Numbered from the stretch's first letter, positions 1 through 12,854 are shown. The stretch: DNA of 64,000 nt from Eledone cirrhosa (GCA_964016885.1 OZ024742.1:311302001-311366000); one strand, 5' to 3'. Notes: a model not told the origin generated them from the sequence alone. Numbers and translations: made by a program.

Positions 1-109
1 GGTGGCTGTACAGATATACATACGAATATCTATGTGTGACAAACATGGCACGTGTCATGGGCACCACTTAAAAGGGGGCGCTACCTGGAGTAGGAGCACT
101 CTCTATTAA

Positions 110-358
110 CCCTTTAGCATTCACATTACTCTATATATACTATTATATTTTCATGGTATAATTATCTTGTAGTGGAACTACGTCGCACCTCGCAATAGCA
201 ACATTTTCATACGCAATAAGGTCAAACTGACCAATGGGAAGTTGCGTATGAATATTTTTGAAAGTATTTATTTTGAGAACAATACCTTAACATCAGTATG
301 AGTGGCCAGTTACAACAGAAAGAGGTAGAGAATTCTGGCCGGTTTGAACGTTAAAGGG
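110..358. mobile_element. piggyBac-like MITE
   Basis: TTAA on both sides; termini CCCTTTAGCATT...ACGTTAAAGGG; non-coding; at least five related copies in the window. Confidence 0.8.
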
Positions 359-387
359 TTAAAGTCAGATAAGCTATTGTTAAAGAG

Positions 388-994
388 TGAAAGAAACAGG
401 TATGGTTCTATTTTATCTTGTTAGATCTCATCGGTGAAGTATATTTACATAGAAAGTTGGTTAGACCTTAATGTAACTAGATATTAATAGAAGAGGGGGG
501 GGGATTGTACAAATGATTATGTGTTCTTCCAGAGATGGAGAGGGGGTGAGAATGAGATATAGAGGAAGAATCGACTTCAGTACTGGACTAGTACTTTATT
601 TATCAACTTCGAAAGTATGAAAGGCAAAGGTGACCTCGATCGAATTTGAATTCCGAGCGCAGAGAGTTGGAAAGAATACCGCAAAGCATTCTATCTGACG
701 TTCTAACGGCTCTGCAAAATTCACCACCTTATACATCTGGATATACAAGCAACCCCCTTCCTCAAATGTACTTAATAGCTGTAAAATAGAGTCTCTATTT
801 TTATGTATACACTTCATGCAAAAACTCCATCTCCAGGTAGTTTTACCACTATTCTTTGTTGACATATAATCATTGTATAATTTTCCCCTTCTATTAATAT
901 CTAGTTACATTATAGTCCAACCAACTTGCTACGTAAATATGCTTCACCGATGAGATCTAACAAGATAAAATAGAATCATACCCGTTTCTTTCAC
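388..994. repeat. Diverged inverted repeat pair (about 388-510 and 880-994) with a SINE in the spacer
   Basis: ttctattttatcttgttagatctcatcggtgaag is mirrored by cttcaccgatgagatctaacaagataaaatagaa; homology extends over 100 bp or more. Confidence 0.8.
578..730 (-). mobile_element. tRNA-derived SINE, diverged copy
   Basis: Shares the gtactttattttatc...tgaaaggcaaag...tttgaa core with the other SINE copies. Confidence 0.6.
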
Positions 995-1159
995 CATGTT
1001 GGCTTTTAGAAACGCCCACTCTCATTGCACCATATACGATTGGTCCGAAAGATTAGGATTAGATCGAAGAACATTAGTTCTCTCCTTTGTTTACTTCTCA
1101 CGATCTGAATTCTCTCAAAGGAAGTTTCGGTCTTGAAATTAAATATTTTGAAATTGATA

Positions 1160-1380
1160 TAATAATGGTTTCTGATTTAGGCACATGGCCAACAATTTTT
1201 TAGGGGAGGCGATAGTCGAATACATCGACCCTAGTGTATTACTGGTGCTTTGATTTTTGACCCCGTAATGATGAAAGACAAAGGTCACTTCGGCGAGATT
1301 TGAACTCAGAACGTAAAGGGCCATAACTCTATGCCCCAAAGCATGTTGACCAACGTTCTACCCTTTCTGCCAATCCATCA
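1160..1380 (-). mobile_element. tRNA-derived SINE
   Basis: B-box-like gagttcaaatc on the - strand followed by the shared central core. Confidence 0.7.
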
Positions 1381-1647
1381 AATGCCGGCTTACGAGACAG
1401 TGATAAATTTCCAAATTTTATTTGGATAAAGGATATACCCCTAGATGTGAGCATGAGGGAAACTGATTAAAATATCTCAGGAAAGAATCGCTAGACATAT
1501 CTTACAGGTAAAACGAACCTTGAGGGGATCCAGGGGTAGACCCCGAGCAAGATGGTTGGATAACATCCATGAGCTTGCAGACGGTTGCTTCTGACAGGGA
1601 GGGGTGTTTGAGGACTCTTCCCCCACGATCCTCTCAGAAATAAGTGG

Positions 1648-1731
1648 GCGAAGAAGAAGAAGAAGAAAAGGAAAAAGAAAAAGAAAAAGAAAAAGAAAAA
1701 GAAAAAGAAAAGGAAAAAGAAAAAGAAGAAG
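1648..1731. repeat. Polypurine (AAG/AAGAAA)n microsatellite
   Basis: Directly visible; explains the KR-rich and FL-rich ORFs. Confidence 0.95.
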
Positions 1732-1789
1732 CCGCCAGTCTATGACGTTCGAGATGTTTGGTGGAGTTGGGCTGCTGACAGCGAGGTTC

Positions 1790-1965
1790 TTGTTATCTCT
1801 GCCAACCTTTAAAAACCCAAACAAGGAGTACCATGAAAAAGTGCCCCCAAAATGGGGAGATTTTACATAATGAAAGCTATACCCATTTTCACAAGAGAAG
1901 ACATCTCTCACCCACCCCAAAGTGGGTGGGAGATCTCCCCGTTGGACGAGGAGAGTTGACATGTC
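1790..1965. repeat. Interspersed repeat; an inverted copy lies at about 25615-25800
   Basis: tgccaaccttt...gaagacatctctcaccca...gggtgggagatc is the reverse complement of 25625-25797. Confidence 0.7.
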
Positions 1966-2844
1966 AGGTCTGGTGTGTGTGTGTGTGGAGTGGGGTTGAA
2001 CAGGTGGACTGGTTCAGTCTAGTTCGGTCCAGACCCCCAGTTAGATAGGAACTAGGACAAGGTTACGAGCAGAGTAGCCAATCTCACCCAGAAACGGGCT
2101 AAGAGAAAGCTATCCCTGAAAGATCGCGTATATTACTTCCGAACCGTTACCTTTTGACATAGATTCCATGTGACCTAGTTGGAGCGTTTCTTTGATTTTC
2201 GTGGAAGAGGTGTGTTCTACTGGTCAGACGGTCTATCTGCTGTCAACACGATATGCCGTTGATGATGATGCACAGACATGCGCTGAGGCAGTGCCAGACA
2301 TTCCTAGACGTGAAACATGTGTGGATGTCCTTTGTCAGTCCCGTCTTTTCACAGCCAGTCTCCATGACGGAGCTGTAGTCTCGGGCCAAGCAAAGACTAT
2401 GACTGGCATCTAGAATGTTGTTAGGCGCTCCAGTCAGTGGATCTTCCACTTTAGTATTTTCTAAAGAAGACTTGTGATGGAGAAGAACGACGACATTCTC
2501 GGGGAAGCCTGAGTACCAACGAAGATCAACTAGCTTTCGGATCGAGACTCATGGATAATTTCCAGAAATCTCTGGCTTGGCAGTGCTTGCCGGTTCGAAA
2601 CAAGCTCTAGGTATGGAAGTTAGCTTATCTTAAGTGAGCACAGACCGACGAAGAGCAAGCCCGCTAAAACTATTATTTCTCATGCAGAAAAATCAACAAC
2701 AGTCTTTAATGCTTCCAAAAGTTGTTTGACGTTTCTTCGTGAGGAAATATTACTGGCAATATGAAATGAAGGTCCCATACTTCTGGGTTTAACCTATTTG
2801 TGATTTGGCGTCCAAATAAAAAGAGTCCTTAAAAGAACTGATCG

Positions 2845-3730
2845 TGGTTTCTGATTTAGGCGCAAGGCCAACAATTTTGGAGGAGGGGAAAGTCCGTTAC
2901 TGGTGCTTTATTTTATTGACCTCATCCGGATGAAAGGCAAAACTAGCCGCGGTGAGATTTTAAATCAAAACGTAAAGGGCCGTAACTATATGCCGCAAAG
3001 CTATAAGGGCCGTAACTATATGCCGGTGCTCTATCGATACTGCCAATCTACCACCCTAACTTATAATTGTTTCTACTCTTGGCACAAGGCCAGCAATTAT
3101 CACAGTGCATTACTGGTACTTTATTTTATCGACCCCGTAAGGATGAAAGGCAAAGTTAACCTCGACGGGATTTGAACTCAAATGACAATAATTTATACAC
3201 CGCCACACACTCGTTTTGTTCTGCTGTAGAATGGTACAGTGCTAGACATAATATTTCAACAAAGCTTTGCTCATTCTAGACAATACATCAAGTCACCCAG
3301 TTACCTTAAATATGCTTTCTCATAATGTGATAGTAGAATATATCCGCAATAACATAATTTCTTTCTTCCAGTCGATAAATCAACTTATGATAGTTAACTT
3401 CACGCGCATAGAGTTATGGCCCTTATGATCTGAGTTCAAATCCCGCCGAGGTTAACTTTGCCTTTCACTTACAGGGTCGATGAAATGAAGCACCAGTAAT
3501 GCACTGGGATAATTGCTCGCCTTGTGCCAACAATCTAAAAACAATTATTTGAAGAGAACGGTGGATTGGCAGTATCGGGAGAGCGTCGGACACGATGCTT
3601 CACAGCGTCCCTTTACGTTCTGAGTTCAAATCTCGCCAAGGTTAACTTAACCTTTCATCCTTACCGGGTCGATAAAATAAAGCACCAGTAATGCACTGGG
3701 GTAATTGCTGGCCTTGCGCCAAAAGTAGAA
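2845..3730. mobile_element. Cluster of four tRNA-derived SINE copies (two -, two +)
   Basis: Repeated gagttcaaatc-cctttcatcc-gggtcgataaaataaag-accagtaatgcactggg-gctggccttg module; A-box-like tggcagtatcgg in the copy at about 3560. Confidence 0.8.
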
Positions 3731-5520
3731 GAACTTTGAAACAACTCATAAAGGAAATCGATAGGGAGAATAATGTTAGAGTTAGAGACTGTTGAAAAAC
3801 GTTCAACATTAAAGATGTGGATAAGACAAATGAGTCATGAGATGAAGTGAAACTCTCAGCTATGAATGGTACTAGGAAAAACAGCTGGACATTGTATCGA
3901 TGACCCAGGACAGAACAAGTAAAAATGATCGCTACGTAAAGAATTTTTAACAAATAACTTCGAAACTATTGTCGATAAGACAGGAAAACTATTAAGAACC
4001 GAGTGAATTATCTGTTATGCTGGTTTGCGTGAATGTAGTAGTAATCTGACCAGATACATGAACTAACCTTTATCGAAGTAGTCCAACCCTGTCGACTGGG
4101 TTGGTATGTTTGGCTAAAAGCTACATCTTTCTACTTCTTAAGAAATTCGAGGTATATCCCCATCTTCCCAGAAACCAGAATGGAATGACTTAGAGAAAAA
4201 CTCATCTCATTTAACCCCAAGTTTGTCAGTCTCACCAGACCACTGGTGCCAACCAGAGATAAAGAGAAACAGCTCTGCCGTGTCGTTTGGAGGTCAAGTT
4301 TTTGGTGGCCGTTTAACAGACCGAATGAAACCCTATTGCAGAGAGCATCAAATTACGGCTACATTTTATTTCAATTCCATCTTTTTTTTTTAATCGTAAA
4401 TTATCTGATATTTGGAAAGTGTCTGGACAACCTTGTTTAGTATGCTTAAAGCAGATGTTGATCTATTTTTCACGTCTGTGTGCGGTTGTATCCTCATTTT
4501 AGCGTTCCATTGCAGAAGATGTCATGTTCTATTTGTAATCTTTGCTCAGAAGCAAGGAAGTGATGGAACACATTCATGTTTTGTTTTCATTTGAAGGTGG
4601 AGATATAGTCGATGAACCTGTGGTTAAATGATGTTCACCACTTTAACAGGGTAGATGATTGAAGGTCGTGAGTTGCCAGTGTGGTAAGTGATTGTATCCT
4701 CGTTGGATTATCTTGTCGACATAGAAGGTCTCTCGATCTATTTACCATCTTTGTATTTACAATATTCCTTTCGTCAGGTCGCCAATTCCAGCAGCATGGA
4801 TTATAAATGTTATTGAGACGCGAGTAACATAATAATGATTTCAACAGCAGAAATTAGAGATGAAATGTATGTTTATTTTTGATGTAGCACAAACAATGTT
4901 TGTTAACTTATCTGGTTGAAGTTACACATAAAAAGAGGTTACAAAAGGGAATGTGCCATTGCGCCGGCGAGGCTAGGGTGCAAAATCTCACCGTTACATT
5001 ATGCGTGCTGCTGGCTCGAAGTTTCTGGTACAAGAGAGAGATTCTTCAAATCTTCGCGGGGAATTTCTTGCTCAGGGTGCGTAGGGATACATCCTCTTCT
5101 ACTGGCGCTGATTGGCTGAACTGAGCCAAATCACGCACAGAGAATGTATGTGAGCCCGCGGAATGTAGGTCACTACAAACCTATTAGAAATAGAAGCCAA
5201 ATCATAATCTATCATCTTAAAGAGACATCGAATAATGTAATCCTTAAAACGACAAGGTAGTCATAGCCAGAATGACACTGGTTAAAGACACTCTAGCCAT
5301 GCATGCAGGGATCACATTTTTCAGTCTCTTTTAAGCCATTGGAACATATATTAATTATAACCATAAAAGTCAATAGAAAAGCAGGTTGCGCGTTATGGCA
5401 AGATTTTCAGGAAAGGCATTTACTATGGAGGCCACTAAGTGGTCACTTGATATGCTAGAAATAGCAGTAAAAGAAATCACCCCTAAACCACACCTACGGT
5501 TTTAGAATAAAGACACATTA

Positions 5521-5706
5521 TATAATTGTTTCTACTTTAGGCACAAGGCCAGCAATTACTCAGTGCATTACTGGTACTTTATTTTATCGACCCCGTAAGG
5601 ATGAAAGGCAAAGTCAACCACGGCGGGATTTGAACTCAGATCGTAAAGGGACGTAACTATGCTGGAAAGCATGGCGTCCGACCCTCTACCGATACTGCCA
5701 ATCCAT
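5521..5706 (-). mobile_element. tRNA-derived SINE, full length
   Basis: Complete head (ggattggcagtatcggtagag...gagttcaaatccc), core and tail. Confidence 0.85.
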
Positions 5707-6769
5707 ATAATGTGGTCCACATAGGAAAAATGGGATGGGCACGGTTGGAATGCCTTTGATCATCGCTGGCCTGAGTCTAAATGACACCACTGCCAGCACC
5801 AATAGCATTAACTAATCAATGACTGAATTGATTCATTGATCGATTCATTTATAATATTTACACATGTCTATCCAGTCTTCTACTGTTAGCAGTGTCTGGC
5901 CATTAGCTGCGCAGCTGTGAGTAGGCGGTCGACAGTTTAGTATTAATAAGTTTTGAATCGCTACAGATTTTATTTCCTTCCTGTCGTGCCTGACTACAAA
6001 TAGAAACCCATCATTGCAACTCCGGGAAGAATCTAAGATAAGTACACTTTAAGAGCTTACGGTAAGTTATGGAAACTTTATTGAAATAAAGTTATTTCAA
6101 TTTGCTGAGAATTATACATTTTCATGTCAATCTAGTTATCATACCTACCATTTTATATTATTTGTGGTATAGAATATCGGCCTAGTTTAGAGATACACAG
6201 TAAAAAAAAAAAAGCACTTTCACTTTTAAGAATACATAATCTTTTTTTATCTCTTCTTGAGGAGACTTTTTTTTCGGGGCTTCCGAGACTGGTTAGAAAG
6301 TTATTCTAACACCGAATAACTGTCTCAAATATTGACAAATGTGGATGATTGATAATGTTTTAACCCCTGTCAGTTTTGATTAAGCTAACCTGTGATCAAA
6401 AGCATACTTTTCTATAAAATTTTCTGATGTGTTGCTATTTATCTTAAAAGACTATAGTGTGTGATTTGAATAATATTTGACTGCTAATTTCTTAAGGTGT
6501 TAAGGGAGATGAGGGATAGTTATTGTACTGAAAACAGATTGTTAATGACATTGGAGAGATTCATGACCGATTTAATTTCTTACATAGACACACGTTTCTC
6601 GAAGCAAGCACCTCAACTAAACTATGCACTTAATAAAAATATATTTACTGATTGTATCCAAGGAACAAAAAAAAAAAGGCGCACGAATATTTCAATAAAC
6701 ATTTTTCTCAGTTTTTAATTGAAGATAGTGATTTTCCATAAATATATAATATCATTATATTAACTGTGT

Positions 6770-6957
6770 TACGGGGTCGATAAAATAAAGTACCATTTAA
6801 TCGACTTAATCGACTTCTCCTCCCCCCAAATTGTTGGCCTTGGGCCTATATAAGAAACCATTGATTTTGCCTTTCATCCTTACGGGGTCGATAAAATAAA
6901 GTACCAGTAATGCACTGGGTAATTGCTGGCCTTGTGCCTAAAGTAGAAACAATTATA
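6770..6957 (+). mobile_element. Two 5'-truncated SINE copies in tandem
   Basis: acggggtcgataaaataaagtacca core occurs twice. Confidence 0.75.
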
Positions 6958-7007
6958 TTCACTGTGTTGTCATTATCCTAATTAAAATATCACCTTAAAG
7001 TGCATTT

Positions 7008-8768
7008 GGGCACTACAACGCTTTTAGCTGTCAGTCGAAGCAGCCGATGAAAGATGGCGAAGGTGACGTCATTCGTCAAACATCGTTTATTTCCGTATTA
7101 ATACCACGCGTAAGTGGAGTTACTTAAATGAAATTTTTTTTTCACGCGTTTTTTTTTTTTATTAAAGTAAGTGGAGTTACTTAAATGAAATTATTATTTT
7201 TTTTTTTTATTAAAGCATATAGATGTAAATGGAGTTATTTAAATGGAAATATCACGCGTTTAAACATTTTATTTTATTTTATTAAAGCATATCGATGTAA
7301 GTGGATTTACTTAGAAAACAAATTTAAAACATTTACAAATTAGAAAACAAATTTAAGTTAATTAGAAAACAAGTCATGGTTATCAAATAAATTGGATTTA
7401 ATCATTTATATTTTCATAGTCATGGTTATCAATGTAGAAAACAAGTCATTTTCACCAACAGTGAAGTTAACTTAAATGAAAATATAGGTGGCCCTTAAAA
7501 GGGCCAAATTGTTAATGGAATTAACCATCGCGATCTTTCCATCGCTACCGCTACTACAGCAGATACCATCAATCTCCATGGGGACTGTCTCTTGTCTCCA
7601 TGTGGACTGTATCCATGCTTTTGAATAAGGTTGGTGAAAAAAATTTGTTTTCTAAACAAAATTTGATAACTATAAATTTGATAACTATAAATTTGTTTTC
7701 TAATTTGGCCCTTTTAAGGGCCACCTATATTTTCATTTAAGTTAACTCCACTGTTGGTGAAAAATGACTTGTTTTCTACATTAATAACCATGACTATGAA
7801 AATATAGTTCATGGTGTAGCGACGTGGTTAGTCAGTCTGGTCACTACTTCTGATCAGATCCGAGAATAGCCCTTAGAAGGACTTTTATCGCATACGGTCT
7901 GATCAGATCTGAAGATAGTCCTTAAAAGAACTGTTGAGGATGGACAGACGAAAGGACGAAGCAAGGCGAGATGTAAATTCAATCAGCTATTTATTTTCTC
8001 CTGAAGCGACGAAAAGAGGTACAAGGCGTGTGTGAGTGACAAAGCGTGGCAGAGGCGAGGAACAACGATGCGCTAGCTGACTCTGCCAAAAGTCGACTGC
8101 TGAAGTATTTGGAACCTCTCTATTTATACAGAAATAATCGTTTGATGTTTAGCCGATGTGTAGGCGTTTATTCTGGTAGATTTTAAGGATTCTTTTGTTT
8201 CACGTTGAGGTAGATGGCGCTGTATATTTCACAGATGTAACTCCGCTGTTGGTGAAAATGACTTGTTTTCTACATTAATAACCATGACTATGAAAATATA
8301 GTTCATGGTATTAGCTGTCAGAAGTAACTCCACTGTTGGTGAAAATTCATTTAATTTCATGGTATTAGCTGTCAGAAGTAATTCCACTGTTGGTGAAAAT
8401 AACTTGTTTTCTACATTGATAACCATGACTATGAAAATAAATGATTAAATCCAATTAATTTGATAAGACATGACTTGTTTTCTAATTAACTTAAATTTGT
8501 TTTCTAATTTGGCCCTTTTAAGGGCCACCTATATTTTCACTTAAGTAACTCCACTTACATCGATATGATTTAATAAAAAATAAAATAAAATAATTTCATT
8601 TAAGTAACTCCACTTACATCTATATGCTTTAATAAAAAAAAAACGCGCGAAAAAAAAAAAAAAAATTCATTTAAGTAACTCCACTTACGCGTGGTAGTAA
8701 TACGGAAATAAACGATGTTTGGCTTTCATCGGCTGATTCGACTGACAGCTAATAGCGTTGTAGTGCCC
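7008..8768. mobile_element. Foldback-type non-autonomous DNA transposon with long modular TIRs
   Basis: Termini GGGCACTACAACGC...GCGTTGTAGTGCCC; arms of several hundred bp built from gtaagtggagttacttaaatgaaa and ttagaaaacaa subrepeats; no convincing TSD. Confidence 0.8.
7815..8238 (-). mobile_element. LTR remnant (Gypsy-like) inside the foldback element
   Basis: On the - strand: TATA-like tataaata, AATAAA and terminus ...CCACGTCGCTACA; the terminal sequences recur at 9103-9146 and 1-12. Confidence 0.6.
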
Positions 8769-9164
8769 GTTATTTTTCCAAACTCGAAAGTATTTCAATA
8801 TAAGTTCGAAAGCAGAGTCGACGAAGAGGAGTTCCAGCTAGAGCTATTATTTTTCTCTCTTTTCTCTCTCTCATGAAAAATCACGCTTCATAATTCCAAA
8901 ACAAATGTACGTGAATTTGTTTTCATGAACGTTCGTAATTAAAACACACACACATGCACACACGCACGGTTTTAGCAAAACCTTTTTTTAGGAAAAGAAA
9001 CACCCAAAGGAAACACTTGGTAGACGTATAGGGACAAATTTGAAAAAAAAAAGTTTTTTTCGAAATGAGCGAGTGTAATGAAAGAATATATATATATATA
9101 TATGTAGCGACGTGGTTTCACAGATGTTATTTACGGTGGCTGTACATATATATATATATATGTG

Positions 9165-9335
9165 TGTGTATGTAAAAGGTAAACAGAAATAACAACACAA
9201 TCGGTACAGTATATGGAAGGAATATATTAACGCTTGAAATAGCAGGAAGGGGTCTTAACGTTTCGGAAGCTAGTTCTTCATCAGGAGAAAGAATGAGAAA
9301 TAAAATAGATTGAGGGGACAGAACATATTTCAGAG
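9165..9335 (-). mobile_element. Penelope-like repeat fragment with a degenerate hammerhead at 9253-9288
   Basis: Reverse complement of 24590-24747; ctgatgaagaactagcttccgaaacgttaaga with a decayed stem II. Confidence 0.65.
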
Positions 9336-9934
9336 TGTACACTCACTCATTTCGAAAAAAACTTTTTTTTTTCCAAATTACGTCCCTTACATCGGTTCGT
9401 TATTCTATACGTCTACCCCAGACTTTTCAAGAATGGCCTCTTTTGTTCCAATATACTTCTGAATTTTTCAGGAATGAACCGAACTTCTGCATTTCAAAAG
9501 AATCTAACATCGTCTTAAATGATATAAAGGCACAATATCATAAAAACAAAGTATCAGTTGTGATTCAGCCATAAAAGAAGTATCAGTTGAATTTCAGCTT
9601 TTATTTCAACTTGGCGCCTATTACTATCACCAGGACCTCCAAGAGGATTTTGCAAGGCGGTAGAAAACCCTTTTGGGGCCCGAAGTAGGCAAAGATTTTT
9701 CTCAACTTGGATGTTGCATGGTTGCTGTGGAGCCTTCTTTGCTCTTGGGCCCCAGAACAAAGTACTGGCTGGACCCCCTCTCGTAGGCTCTAGTTATCAT
9801 GGTAGACTTCCTAGCTGAATTGAAGAACGGTATTTCCAAACCTAAGCAAACATTACAATTCACACAAATGGTTATGTGAAAGGGTAATTCTTGCTCCAAA
9901 AAATGAGACATTAGCAATGAATAAGATTTCAACA

Positions 9935-11365
9935 GCAATTAAAGAGTACAAATCAGTTGATACATTTGTCAATGAAAATCAAGTTGTCCACTACCCAACA
10001 GAATTCCTTAATTCTCTTGAGCCATCTGAAACTCTTCTGCCACACAAACTTTTCCTGAAGGTTGGAATCCCAATAACTCTTCTAAGAAATTTAGATTCTC
10101 CTAAATTATGCAATGGGGCAACCGGCTGGGACTTAGCCCAGTAGATGTCCCTCCCCCTTCTCCCCTGTTGACGTCAAGTCCCCCAACGCACTTGGGATGC
10201 CATCCAGTGCAGCCTGGCCTCATTCAGGCTCACGTGCCAGCTCGACCAGCACCGCCTTGCTTGTTTTCGTGCAGCCTCCAAACCCCACAGTGGTGCCTGG
10301 CTCCATGCTCTGCCCTCCTCCACTGGCATGCAGCTAGACAACCATAGCCTGTGAATCGGTGTTTCCCTGAGGCTCGGCCTCCGGATCTGCCAGCCACACC
10401 AATGTCGCTGCGGTTCCACCGTGGACTCTTTCGGCCTCCACCCGCTTTCCTGTCGCCACAGTGCTGGCCGCCTTCCACGTCATGCTCCCCTCAATGAGGT
10501 CATAAAGCATGGCTTGGATGCTGCAGGCTTCCCTTCCCAGCTCGAGCCGGACCGAGGGGACGGCAAAAGGCCAGATGGCATGACCATCTTCCCGTTCCGC
10601 GATGGCAAACCCCTCGTCTGGGATGCCACTTGCACTGACACTTTCTGCAGCCGCAACCTGGTGCAGTCTGCGACTGACCCAGGTTCTGCTGCACGTCGGG
10701 CTGAGGGGGCCAAACTCCCCAAATACCGGTTGCTCTCCGACAGGTTTGCGGTCGTACCCCTGGCAGTGGAAACTTCTGGTGTCCTCAGCCCCAGGGCTAC
10801 CTCCTTACTCACCACCATAGGCGATGAGCTGGCCAGCCGCAGGTGTGAGCCCCGCGAGTTGGAGTGGCTTTTCCAGTGCGTCTCCCTTGCCATCCTCCGG
10901 GGAAACGCCTTCTCCATTCTGTCTGCCGGGGCCTTGGGTGGGCCCCATTGCGTACCAATACATTAGTTAAATACCATTCTTTCATCTGATACAACACAAT
11001 AAAGACAGTGGTACAATGGTTGCTCTATCAGCTATTAGTACCTTGTACTAAATAGGTAGATTGTGAAGGCATTATCACTGGATGTGCCTCTGGAGAAGAC
11101 GTTTTCATTCCAAGAATCCAAACCAACAACATGCCACTTGAGTTCAAACGAACCCAATTCCCAGTGCAACTTCGCTTTGCAATGTTTATCAATAAATCTG
11201 AAGGTCAAACTTTGAAATATACTGGCTTGCTCTTAAATTAGCCTTGCTTTTTTCATAGTCAATTTTACATTGGTTGCTCCAGGAGAGGGTAGTTTACAAG
11301 ACTTATTTGTCTATGCTCCAAACCAGAAAACAAAGAATGTTGTTTACTCAGAAGTTCTTACTTAA
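9935..11365 (+). mobile_element. Helitron/PIF1 helicase C-terminal remnant, split by a CRE insertion
   Basis: YPTEFLNSLEPS..PHKLFLKVGIPITLLRNLDSPKLCNG before the insertion; GEDVFIPRI..EFKRTQFPVQLRFAMFINKSEGQTL..KTKNVVYSEVL after it; contains stops and frameshifts. Confidence 0.85.
10120..10991 (+). mobile_element. 5'-truncated CRE-clade non-LTR retrotransposon
   Basis: Close match to 15533-16417; restriction-like endonuclease motif RGDGKRPDGMTIFPFRDGKPLVWDATC. Confidence 0.9.
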
Positions 11366-12384
11366 TTTCCTTCAACATATGTGATTGAATTTATTCCCGC
11401 TCATAAAAGTGATAATTTTTGTATTTTTATTTTTATTATCCCCTTTTCTAGGCCATCAACTGGCTTTATATGTTAAGCAACCAGTCAGGCTTTTCAATCT
11501 CAAATTTTACCTTTTCACATACATTCCTTTTACTCTAGCTTGTTTTAATCATTATTGCAGTGTCATGCTATTTGTACATTAAGATTAATTTCAAAATTTC
11601 CCACTTCAATGTTTGGTTACTGAAATAAGGTAATGAAGATATGTTTTTTTTTCTCATAATTATTTCAATATCTATATTTTATTAAAAAAAAATATCAAAA
11701 TTGTAATGATAATAGAATTTAGAAATGAAAATCTGTCAATCTTGAAGCACCTTAGGGTAAACAATATTCATTGTGTAATTCATGTATGTGTATTTAATAA
11801 CGTACCTAATGAACGCACAAACACACACACACTCACAGACACATATTCATATACAAAATGTGCCGTCCTAGTGTTTTAATCCAAATGAAAATATAAATTA
11901 TCACACATACACTCACACACACATACACTCTCACATACACTCACACACACACATACACACACACACATACACTCTCACATACACTCACACACTCTCTCGC
12001 ATACACTCACACACATATACTAAGACAGACACATACACAGAAAATGTGATGGCTACACTCTCACATACACTCACACACAGTATGTTATGTATGTGTAGAT
12101 GTGTGAGTGTTTAATTCTCTGAGGCCTAACATACTTAACAAACGTACAAACATACACACACTCATAGACACACACACCCATATATACAAAATGTGAGTGG
12201 TGGTGGTGGTGGTTTACTATAGTTGACTATAAAAATATTATTTTAGTTAAAATCTTATATTGTTTTAATCCAAATGAAAATAAAAATTACTTGACACTCC
12301 CGGGGTCTAATACTATTAACAGACAGACAGACACAGAGAGACAAAGAATTTTATATATAGAGAGATACACTATAGGAAAATTTT

Positions 12385-12830
12385 GTGTGCATGTATGTCT
12401 GTGTGTGTATGTATGTATGTGTGTATGTTTGTTTCAGTGTAAGTGCATATGTATGTAGGTTTGCATGTATATGTGTATATATGTATGTATGTGTGTATAT
12501 GTATATATGTGTATGCATGTATCTATGTATGTACTTACGTATGTGTGTCTGTGTGTATATATATATGTATATGTGTGTGCACGTATGTATGTATATGCAT
12601 GTATGTATATCTATATATGTATGTATGCACTCATGTATGTGTGTATATGTATGTATATGTACATATGTTTACGCGTGTGTATGTTTATATGTATTTATAT
12701 GTATATGTACATATGTTTATGCGTGTCTATGTTTATATGCACTCATGTATGTGTGTGAATGTATATGTATTTATATGTATATGTACATATGTGTATGCGT
12801 GTGTATGTTTATATGCACTCATATATGTGC
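12385..12830. repeat. Degenerate (TG/TA)n low-complexity tract
   Basis: Directly visible. Confidence 0.95.
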
Positions 12831-12854
12831 CCAGGCAACCAAATTTATATAGTT

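Noticed and set aside
1604-1870. Protamine-like KR-rich ORF
   Set aside because: Arises from an AAGAAA microsatellite
3555-3660. tRNA-like A and B boxes
   Set aside because: These are SINE heads without a complete cloverleaf, not tRNA genes
2100-4870. Possible decayed APE-type LINE on the - strand (LQWNA-like remnant near 4510)
   Set aside because: Only one short motif is recognisable and boundaries cannot be defined
5200-6060. Antioxidant response element expected upstream of an NQO gene
   Set aside because: No RTGACnnnGC match found by eye near the candidate first exon
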